DNA from: Eledone cirrhosa
Lineage: Eukaryota
Direction of reading: 5' to 3'
Length of the DNA: 64,000 nucleotides
Assembly (NCBI GenBank): GCA_964016885.1
Contig: OZ024740.1
Coordinates: forward strand, 270,382,001-270,446,000
The notes under the pieces were generated by a model, which was not told where the DNA came from, searched no databases, and was given only the letters and a program-made list of their open reading frames with translations. Position numbers and translations under genes: made by a program. Below, piece after piece: positions 1-10,017 of this stretch; positions within the stretch are counted from its first letter, which is position 1; each line of letters begins with the position of its first letter.

Positions 1-321
1 GAGATAATATATAATATATATATATATAATATATATAATATATATATAATATATATATAAAATATATATATATAATATATATATATATAATATATATATA
101 TAATATATATATATATAATATATATATAATATATATATATATAATATATATATATATAATATATATATAATATATATATATAATATATATATATGTATAA
201 TATATATATATGTATAATATATATATAATATATATATATATAATATATATATATATATATAATATATATATATATATATAATATATATATATATATATAA
301 TATATATATATAATATATATA
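1..321. repeat. Interrupted (TA)n microsatellite
   Basis: TA repeats broken every ~9-15 nt by an extra A. Confidence 0.95.
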
Positions 322-406
322 TTACTCTTTTACTCTTTTACTCTTTTACCTGTTTCAGCCATCCGGCTGAGGCCATGCTGGGGCACCGCCCTTGTTGCTA
401 CACATT

Positions 407-3400
407 TTATCTCCAGCCTGTATAGGTTGGCCACTGGTGTAGGAGGGAGTTTGTTGCTGCTGCCCTTAGGTTTCCCTCGTGTCTTGCTGTGGGCTCATCC
501 GGGATCCTGGATAACAAGGTGTCGAGATGTTTCTTAAAGACATCCACCTCCACGTCATGCAAGTCTCGCAGATGCCTCGGCAGCCTGTTGAAGAGTTGAG
601 GGCCCTTGAATCCCAGGCTATTGCAATACCTGCTCCTTATTCTAGATGTGGAAGACGGGACCTTTGGCACCACACAGTGACGTCCTGTTCGACGGTTGGT
701 CCAGCTCCCAATGCCAAAGTTTGGTGCTAGTCCCACCAGGATTTTCCACATGTAGATCACTGCGTATCTCTCCCGTCTTCGCTCCAAGGAGTAGAGGTTC
801 AGTTCCTTCAGCCTCTCCCAGTAGCTTGTCTCCCTCATCTTGGCAATCCTCTTGGTGTAGCTTCGCTGGATTGCCTCAAGCTCCGTGGTTAGTTTGACAC
901 TATGGGGTGACCACAGCTGGGAGCAGTAGTCCAGGCGGCTTACGACAAAAGTCCTCCACAGTGTCAACATGGTGTCTCGATCTCTTGTAAGGAAAGTCCT
1001 CAAGATCCAGCCAGCGAATCGTCTACATGCTGTCGCCACCTTCATGATGTGTGAAGAAAAAGATGCATCATCGCTCATGTCTATGCCCAGGTCTCGTATC
1101 GATTTTGACACGGGGATATCGGTCCCTCCTGGTCCTGTGTAGCTGTGTTCCGCTATATTTGTGTTTGTGCTTGCAGGTTTGTATTGTAGGGCTTGGAATT
1201 TGCCAGCATTAAACTGCATGTTGTTTTCTTCCGCCCATCTGTATATGGCATCCAGATCCTGCTGTAAGAGGGCAGCGTCAGCCGGGTTTTTGATTGCCTG
1301 TGCTACCTTAGTGTCATCAGCATAGCTAGTGAGGGATGTTGTTGCATGCACCACAGAGGGCATGTCCGAGAGAGCCACCAAAAACAGTAGTGGTCCCAGG
1401 ACTGTCCCCTGAGGCACCCCACTTGTTATCGGTGTTTCCCTCTAGAGGGCCCCATTTGCTGCGACTGCCTGGCTTCTGTCCCTTAGGAAGCCATGCAGCC
1501 ACTCACCTACTTTTCCAGTTATGCCGAGTCCGTGTAGTTTGTGACATATGATTCCACGGTCGACCTTGTCAAAGGCCTTCGCAAAGTCAAGATATATCAC
1601 GTCTACATGTGAGCTGTCTAGTAGTTGTCTCAGTACCCAGTCGTAGTGATGTAGCAGCTGTGTAAGGCAGCTTCTTCCTGGGCGGAAGCCATGTTGCGTG
1701 CTAGTCAGGCGGTCATTTTCTTCGAGGAAAGTGATTAGTTTCTTTCTGACGACTCGCTCCATGACCTTACTGATATGCGACGTCAGGGAGACTGGCCTAT
1801 AGTTCTTGGCCTCCGCTCTACTACCTCCTTTATGGATAGGGCATATCGTGCCTTCTTTCAGCTCCCTGGGTAGTACACCGCTAGCCAAGGAGCTTCTGAA
1901 GAGCATCTTCAGTGGAGTTGCTAAGGCCCGCTTACATATTTTTAGGAGAACTGCTGGGAATCCATCAGGTCCAGCAGCCGAGTCTGTTCTAATTTCATTA
2001 ATGGCGTACACCACATCCTCCTCCGTTATGTCTATGTGGTTGATGGTTGCCATTTCTTGATGTAGTGTTGTGGCATCAAAGAACTCCTCTGGCTTCGTTA
2101 TTTGCATGTCCCTCAGTGGACATGTGAAGACACTTTTGTACTGTTCGTTCAGTATTTCACATATCTCTTGGGGATTTTTGGTTAATGAACCGTCCGTGTG
2201 GAAGAGTGGTCCAATCTTGCAGTGTACTGAGGCAGTTTCTTTTGCAAATTTAAAGAAGGCATTAGGGTTTGTTTTAATGTTTTCTATGGCCCTGTTCTCT
2301 TTCCTTGCCCTCTCATTCTCATGTGAAAGTTTGAGTGCAATCTCGGTGTCAAGTAGTGCACGTTTCAAATAGGATTCCTCCTTGTTTTTGTTTTGTTGAC
2401 TATTCAACTGGTTTGAGAGTTTAGTTCTACGTCTCATAAGGATTTTCCTATCTCTGGGAATAAGATTTTTGTGTCTGTTTGCCTCTTTCTCCGGGACACA
2501 CTTTTTGCATATGGTGTGTATCGTTGTCATGAAGTGTTGAAATTGTGTGTTAGTGTCTTGTGTGGCGATGTTTGCACTCCATGTTTGCTTCCGGATTTCA
2601 CTCTTAATCTTCTTCCAGTCAGCCCCGTAGAAGTTAAGGCGGATAGCGTCCCGGAGCTTCTTGGTGGTTTTGTCTCTGTTGGTTCTCTTGGACCACATAT
2701 CATTAGCTCTACCAAGTTATGATCCGAGAGAATTGTTGGTGTCACCTTTACATTGTGGATGAGCACTTCGTTGTTTGTAAAACAGAGGTCCAGGACATTT
2801 TCGCCTCTTGTTGGGAGGAGTATTGCTTGCTCCATGAACAGCCTGTGTGTGAGTGCCAGCAGGGATTCCATCTGTCTCTGTTTTATTGACGTCATTCCAG
2901 GGAGGAGGTGGCCCTCAGGCCATTTGACCTTTGGTAGGTTGAAGTCTCCCAGCAGTAGGATGTTGAGACCCTGGTCCAGTTTGTCAAGGACCTCTTCTAT
3001 CCTACTTAGGCTATCCTCAAATTTACCCTCATGACTGGGGGCATCGGGCGGCCGATATGTGACACATATTACCGTCTGTAGTTGCTTCATATGTATTATC
3101 AGTGTGTCACAGACTGAGTTTGAATGTGTCAACAGTACAATTGGTGTGACATCTTCACGGATATACAGAGCAACCCCACCACGAGTTCTCTCCTTCCTGT
3201 CCGAACGAAATACAGTATATTTCGGTATATGTATTTCTGCATCTGCTATACTGCTTGTCAGGTGTGTTTCGGTTAGTGCCATGCATAGTGCTTGATTGCT
3301 TATGGCTAAGTCTCCCAGGTAGGAAATTTTACTCATGTTGCTGAGTTTCACCAGGCCCCTGACATTCAGCAGCAGCACTGGTGTGACTTTTGGGGTGCCA

Positions 3401-3420
3401 GTAATGGCTGTCGGTATGAC
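407..3420 (-). pseudogene. CR1 ORF2 (APE endonuclease + reverse transcriptase), disrupted
   Basis: EN motifs LLNVRGL, LTETHL, GGVALY, YRPP, GDFN, LDLCF, SDH. RT motifs NYRPVSLTS, QHGFR, YLDFAKAFDKV, PQGTVLGPLLF, YADD, and C-terminal LKELNLYSLERRR. One frameshift at ~2635-2645 and one in-frame TAG at 1442-1444; 8 sense codons then lead in frame into ORF 407-1417. Confidence 0.92.
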
Positions 3421-4259
3421 ACCTGGTCTGGTGTCAGCGGCGGCCACTCTGGGTCCCTTAACTGCGGTGGTCTCGAGTGCTGGTGTGGATGACCCTGACT
3501 CTGGAGACGATGCAGCCAGGTCAGCTGTCCCACAATCTTCTCTGCCATCACTAAAAAATGTTTCTGATCTGCTGCTGCCATCTGTATCTCGTCGGCATGT
3601 GCGTGCCTTCTCCTTGTTGGTGCAGCACACGCGACATCAGCATACTTCTGGAGCGGCTTATTTCGGCTTAGGCTGGGGCATGTTGCGCGAGTATGATGGG
3701 CATAGTTCGTTTGAGACCTAGGGTGGGCGAATCTGCATCCCATCCCTGTCTCTCCATGCCAGCATGTCCCGTTATTGAAAAACTTGCACATTACTTGGGG
3801 TTTTTTGCTCCCAGTGTCTCGGTGCTTTCTGTTCTTTCTTTGAACAGTTGTCCACTGGTCCCTCTGCGCTTGGTTCTCCTTCGGAAGGTGATTTCGCTTT
3901 TCACCTTTGCCCTTAGCTTGTTGGTTGCCCGGCCTGCCCTCCCTGCCTGTAGCGGAGGGTATATCATTTTCTTTCAGGTCCGTGCTTGTGCTCTCCTCCT
4001 TTTCTTTTTCTTTTTCCTCTTCCTTTTCCCTCTCCTTCTCTTCATCCCGCCCTTCGGTTTTCTCCTCCCTGAGGACACGGCTTAGCATCGCCATATGAGG
4101 CGCTATGAGGACATACGCCTTCTCAATTTCTTTTTTCTTTCTCTCTATCTGTACCAGGGTCCTCAGAAACCCATGGCTCTTCAGGTTCTCCGCCATCTTT
4201 TTGCTTGGTGGAGACCCATCAGCCATAGTCCACCCCTTGATCAAAACCGCTAGTTCCAT
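3366..4259 (-). CDS. CR1 ORF1-like protein with charged/coiled region and CCCH zinc finger
   Basis: 297-aa ATG ORF directly upstream of and overlapping ORF2. Has an E/K-rich stretch and CKFFNNGTCWHGETGMGCRFAH (C-x7-C-x8-C-x3-H). Confidence 0.7.
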   Translation of the reverse strand: MELAVLIKGWTMADGSPPSKKMAENLKSHGFLRTLVQIERKKKEIEKAYVLIAPHMAMLSRVLREEKTEGRDEEKEREKEEEKEKEKEESTSTDLKENDIPSATGREGRPGNQQAKGKGEKRNHLPKENQAQRDQWTTVQRKNRKHRDTGSKKPQVMCKFFNNGTCWHGETGMGCRFAHPRSQTNYAHHTRATCPSLSRNKPLQKYADVACAAPTRRRHAHADEIQMAAADQKHFLVMAEKIVGQLTWLHRLQSQGHPHQHSRPPQLRDPEWPPLTPDQVSYRQPLLAPQKSHQCCC

Positions 4260-4320
4260 CTTCGATCAGTTTCGTTGACTCCTGTTTCACATTTTTCCTG
4301 CATGCAGTCCATTTCGCTGT

Positions 4321-4514
4321 GGAGGGGAGAAAGAGAGACAGTGGGAAGTGTAGGGTAGAGGTTAGAGAGGGACAGAGTGAGGGAGGGAGATAGAGATATA
4401 ACTCCAGCGAGAGAAAAAGAAAGAGAAACAGAAGAAAAGAAAAGAAAAGGGGGAGACAGAAGAGGGGAGCGAGAGAGATAGCGGGAAGAGTGGGGGAGGT
4501 CAGAGGGAGAGAGA

Positions 4515-4552
<38 letters not shown>

Positions 4553-4695
4553 CTCGTTGATCTAGAGAGAGGGAGAAAGAGAGCTCGTTGATCGAGAGAG
4601 AGAGAGGGAGAGAGAGAGAGAGGGAGAGAGAGAGAGGGAGGGAGAGAGAGAGAGAGAGAGAGAGAGGAAGGAAGGAGAGAGATAGAGACAGCGTG
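4321..4695. repeat. AG-rich / (GA)n low-complexity tract
   Basis: Purine-rich (GA)n runs on the + strand. Confidence 0.9.
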
Positions 4696-5883
4696 AGCAA
4701 CAGCAGTTCATAAATATAAAAATAAATTTTTTAATTTAAATTAATGAATGGAAGAAACCGGAAACATAGAGATATAGAAACACGATGTAAGTTGTATATA
4801 TAAGCCGAATGTAAATGTTTGTTTACAAATATACGAAGTTATTGTAATATCAGCATATCATACAAGAAACAACGAAATCGGGTCAAATACAGATAAGATT
4901 ATACCAAATCAAACAAGATTATATCAAATTAAATTATGTTACTCAGAAAAATCAAAATTAATACAAGATCTGCTTAAGTTAAACCAAAATGCTCTGTATG
5001 GTAGACAAACAAAAATAGAAAGCACGTGTGTGTGTTGTCTCCTATGAAGGAATCATACAGTGAAAATAAACATGTTCAAAACGGTAATATATGTAAAATA
5101 TACTTCAAAATAATTGCGTCAAAGCACAAAAACTTATCTTTTTTGTATGTTTTCCTTGTCCTCTGAAGAATTAAAACCATACATACATCCGATTACTGTC
5201 GATTTAAAATATTAAAATTTCAAATCCGGAGAGACGACAATTCACGTCTTATACCAACAAGTGCCAAGCCTATATATATGTAAATATCTTTAAGTCGTTT
5301 GGAAGCCTCGACAATGCAAATGGGTAAATCTCCGGATTACAAGGTCCGGTGGTGGAGAGAGAGATGTAAGTGGGTGTACGTTGAGATGCGTGGTGTGTAT
5401 AAGATGTGTGAGATGTGTAGAATGAAGGGAAGAGTATAAAGGATAAAAATAAAAATAACAACACAAGAGAGGGTTACCTTGGGAGATATTTAATAGTCCC
5501 TATATATTTCGGATTCACATTCATCAACTGGGGGTTTTTTTCCGAGGTGGGGGAAAAGGTTGTCTGTCGGACAAGTCCGGAACGCGTCTTTCGCTGTTTG
5601 TTGTTTTGAATATCTGAAGTATTCAGCAGAGCGCGCGTGCGCGTAAATGAGGTCGGTCGTACAGAGGTCAGCGGCCGAATGAGGGAGTGGGATGGCGCTA
5701 GCTGTCAGTCCATTCTCTGCCTGTCTGTTAAATGTTACTGTGTGTGTGTGTACGTGTGTTGTTGTCTCGCTTGAGTGTGTGTGTGTGTGTTGTTGACTTG
5801 TTCATCTGTATTGGCAGTTATGTATGTTCGTATGGTGGAATGCTACTGTGTGTGTGTGCGTGTGTGTGTGTAGTTGTCTCGTT

Positions 5884-5929
<46 letters not shown>

Positions 5930-6188
5930 GTTGCATCGCTTGTTAACTTAAACCAGCCATTTCATTTCGCTTCTCTCTGATCGGTTGTTTATTTGCGGTT
6001 GCAGTCGTTTGATAAAAAGCGCTTCCTTGATATATATATATAATATATATATATATATATAATATATATATAATATATATAATATAATATATATATAATA
6101 TAATATATATAAAATATAAATATATATAATATATATAGATGATATATATATAACATATATGTATAATATATATATAATATAAATATAT

Positions 6189-6374
6189 AATTGTTTCTAC
6201 ATTTGGCACACGGCCAGCAATTAACCAGCTCATTACTGGTACTTTATTTTATCGACCCCGTAAGGATGAAAGGCAAAGTTAACCTCGGCAGAATTTGAAC
6301 TCAGATCGTAAGAGGACGTAACTATGCTGGAAAGCATGTCGGACCCTCTAGCGATATTGCCAATTCACCGCCCT
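6189..6374 (-). mobile_element. tRNA-derived SINE with conserved central domain
   Basis: Minus strand has an A-box-like GGTGAATTGG, B-box GAGTTCAAAT, core GCCTTTCATCCTTACGGGGTCGATAAAATAAAGTACCAG (resembles the Meta/Nin-type SINE core, from memory) and tail GTGCCAAATGTAGAAACAAT. Several further copies lie in the window. Confidence 0.85.
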
Positions 6375-6910
6375 CATCTAAACAATTTAAATAATATATA
6401 TAATATATATATAATATATATATAATATATATATATATAATACATATATATATATATATAATATATATAATATATATAATATATATATATAATATATATA
6501 TATATAAAATATATATATATATAATATATAATATATATAATATATATAATATATTATATATATATATATAATATATAATATAAAATATATATTATATATA
6601 TATAATAAATATATATATAATATATAATATATATTTTATATATATATATATAATATATAATATAAATAATATATAATATATAATATATATAATATATAAT
6701 ATATAATATATATAATATATAATATATATAATATATATAATATATAAAGTATATATTATGTATAATATATATAATATATAATATATAATATATATAATAT
6801 CTTTAATATATATATATATATAATATATATAATATATATATATATATAATATATATATAATATATAATATATATATAATATATAATATATATATATAATA
6901 TATATAATCA

Positions 6911-7135
6911 TACACCTACGGTAGTAGGTGTATAATATTCTTAAGGTCCCATTTCAGTCACTCGCGACACCTTCAAAGCTTTGTCACTAATTCAATTATT
7001 GCACTTTATAGGACCACAGATAAGCTAACTTTTGACATATAAATATTGAAATTTGGTTCAGTAGAAAAAAAGTTACATAAAAATAAGTGAGGACCAAAAG
7101 AGTGTAAGGAACTACATACATAAGTAACGCTTAGT
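6911..7135. mobile_element. Possible Helentron/DINE-1-like non-autonomous element fragment
   Basis: Terminal hairpin TACACCTAC-GGTA-GTAGGTGTA (6911-6932) next to a TA tract resembles HINE/DINE-1 termini. The second boundary is unclear. Confidence 0.35.
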
Positions 7136-7191
7136 TTGTTTCTAATTTCTAATACATTAAAATAGTGATAGATTATGTAATAGCGAATTGT

Positions 7192-7264
7192 GGTCAGGTA
7201 GCTCAGTCGGTAGAGCAGCGGACCGGCAATCCGAAGGTCGTGGGTTCGATTCCCACCCTGATTA
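7192..7264 (+). tRNA. tRNA-like gene/pseudogene, anticodon GGC (nominal Ala)
   Basis: Cloverleaf: acceptor GGTCAGG/CCTGATT, D arm GCTC/GAGC, anticodon arm CGGA/TCCG with loop CC-GGC-AA, T arm GTGGG-TTCGATT-CCCAC, then TTTT at 7266-7269. Atypical C33, G27:A43 mismatch and no G3:U70. Confidence 0.6.
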
Positions 7265-7380
7265 CTTTTCCTATCTGCACTTCTTCCTATTCAGTATTAT
7301 TTATTTAACTTATTTGTTGATAAATATTTTTAATATTATTAAAATAATATCCTTGCATTGCCTGGAAAAAAAGTGGATTA

Positions 7381-8579
7381 CAGGGAAAAATGCGGGCGCA
7401 TCTAAAGAAATAATCTTAATTAAATTAATAAACCTAGAAAAGTAAAGGACAAGTTATTACACCTGGAAAAATAAAGGACAAGAAAACTTCTTCTTAAAAC
7501 TTCTTAAAATATTGCAGCTAAACTCTAAATTTGAAAAAAAATATTTAGATTATAAAACTAAAAATAAATAATTATAAGTTAATTGTTAAAAAAATATCAC
7601 TTTAAAGGACTGGGAAAATGACTGTCTTATAGGGAGAGTTGACTACTGTATACTTAATTTTTTTCTTGGTGTATACAAATTAATCTTTTTAAAATAAAAT
7701 TAGTACAATAATTAATTAATAATAATAATAATAATTAATATGTACAATTTATTAATTTATGTTATAAGATATTTAAAAATTTTCACTCTTAATCAAAATT
7801 ATATTTTTAAAAATTTAGTTATAAAATAATGCAGTAAAATAAATCAAAAACAGTGCATCATATAATTGCACTTTTTATGAGTATTACAGATTTTTTTATA
7901 ATATAGTAAAATTCAACATCTCAAGGGGCAAAATTAGGTAAAAGTCAATTCATCAATTATTCATTTATAGTGAATCAATCAATTATAGTGAATTCATCAA
8001 TTCATTAGATGAACTGTTGAATTAGACAATGTTTAATTTTTAATTGTAGTCTAATTTTACTCTACCTAAAAATGTAGATTGGTTATTTTGATCTCTGACA
8101 GGTCTTAAATTTCATTATTAAACAATTATAATTTGTTATTATTTATCATTACAGTTGGCTCCCTAATTAATTATTAATTAATTGTTAGTGTCATTTACAC
8201 GCCAACATTTTGTTTTATTTAATGTTTATAATTGTCACTCATTTTTTCAGTCCCATTTAGTAAAGTAAAATAAAGTATATTTATTTAATGACCCAACCAC
8301 TATGGTGTAAATTAGGATCACAAAATTAAATAAATGATCATAAATTAGTATTATTATCAATTCGAGAGTCAACTGTATTATTAGAATGTATCACTTTCTA
8401 TGTATATTTAAATCAAATATTTTTATTATTCAAATTTATACTATAGCTGCAATATTTTAAGAAGTTTTAAGAAGAAGATTTCTTGTCCTTTACTTTTCCA
8501 GGTGTAATAACTTGTCCTTTACTTTTCTAGTTTTATTAATTTAAGAATATTTCTTTACATGCGCCCGCATTTTTCTCTG
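7381..8579. mobile_element. Non-autonomous TIR DNA transposon (Tc1/mariner-type MITE), 1.2 kb
   Basis: ~140-bp imperfect TIRs CAGGGAAAAATGCGGGCGCAT... / ...ATGCGCCCGCATTTTTCTCTG, with TA on both sides (7379-7380, 8580-8581). Interior is AT-rich and non-coding. Confidence 0.8.
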
Positions 8580-8756
8580 TAATATATATATGTGTATATA
8601 TTATATATATATTATATATATATATATTATATATATATTATATATATATATTATATATATTATATATATATATATTATATATATTATATATATATTATAT
8701 ATTATATATATTATTTATATATATATTATATATATTATATATATATTATATATATA

Positions 8757-9190
8757 TGCAAAAGTTTTATTTAAAATTGTTGGGTTACAACAAGTAAATA
8801 TTTTATAACTGAGATAAAGCACTCAACAAGTTTTGGAGTAGATATTAAACAAATGGAAACTATATTTATAAAACCATATTTATTTCATTATACATATTCC
8901 ATGGATACCATATTAAAAATATGGCATGCCTTCTTCAGACAAAATACAATATATAAGCAGTTTTATAAATAAATTTGACGTACCATAAATATTGATCAAC
9001 TTTTATGCAAGAAGTTGGTTTCTTACATAAAAGTTGATCAATATTTATGGTACGTCAAATTTATTTATAAAACTGCTTATATATTGTATTTTGTCTGAAG
9101 AAGGCATGCCATATTTTTAATATGGTATCCCTGAACTGGAATATGTATAATGAAATAAATATGGTTTTATAAATATAGTTTCCATTTGTT
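8757..9190. repeat. Palindromic PLE pseudo-LTR remnant with degenerate HHR in each arm
   Basis: Arms ~8848-9013 and 9020-9190 with 6-nt loop GTTGGT. The right arm has CTGAAGA-AGGCATGCCATAT-TTTTA-ATATGGTATCCCT-GAAC. Matches the pLTR end at ~19640-19907. Confidence 0.75.
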
Positions 9191-9370
9191 CGAGGAGAGT
9201 GGTATACAGATACTTGCGATCCAAGAACACAGGATTCTACACGATGAGCCCGTGAGGAGTGTGATGATCGGGAGGAAGTGCCAGCTCATCACTACATCGG
9301 CAGTGAAGAACACAACAAATGCTGCAGTGGGAGGAGTGGGTTTTGTGTTCAGTGCAAAAACCAATCTGTT
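9191..9370 (+). mobile_element. 180-bp copy of RTE segment 10473-10652
   Basis: Identical by eye to the endonuclease-coding segment of the downstream RTE. Confidence 0.92.
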
Positions 9371-9810
9371 TATCGTATTATATATATATATATTTTATAT
9401 ATATTATATATATTTTATATATGTTATATATATATATATATATTATATATATATATAATATATATATATATATTATATATATATATATATATTATATATA
9501 TATATATTATATATATATATATAATATATATATATATATATAGTATATATATATATAATATATAATATATATATATAATATATATATAATATATATATGT
9601 ATATATATAATATACATATATATAATATATATATAATATATATATATTATATATATATAATATATACACATATATATATAATATATATACGCGTACATAT
9701 AATATATACATATATATGTAATATATACATATATATAATATATATATAATATATATAATATATAAATATAATATATATATATATATATAATATATATATA
9801 ATATATATAT

Positions 9811-9862
<52 letters not shown>

Positions 9863-10017
9863 TATATATAATATAGATATATATAATATAGATATATATA
9901 ATATATATATAATATATATATATAATATATATATAATATATATATATATAAAATATATATATATAATATAGATATATATAATATATATATAATATATATA
10001 TATAATATATATATAAT

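Larger units (their letters stand above)
322..4320 (-). mobile_element. CR1-clade non-LTR retrotransposon (LINE), near full length; 5' boundary uncertain (may extend into the AG-rich tract to ~4700)
   Basis: ORF1, then APE endonuclease and RT on the minus strand. The 3' end has the hairpin TCAGCC-GGAT-GGCTGA (355-370) and a (GAGTAAAA)n tail at 322-349, a CR1/L2-type terminus. Confidence 0.9.

Noticed and set aside
1442-1444. Programmed readthrough of TAG in CR1 RT
   Set aside because: It falls within the RT domain at a position that is usually Ser; a point mutation is the simpler explanation.
527-4098. Plus-strand ORFs overlapping CR1 (similar ones overlap RTE, Gypsy and PLE ORFs)
   Set aside because: Antisense shadow frames with no motifs.
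5500-5590. Two HHR-like strings (minus TTGATGA...CCGAAA; plus CTGTCGGACAAGTCCGGAACGCGTC)
   Set aside because: Cores and stems are too degenerate to call.
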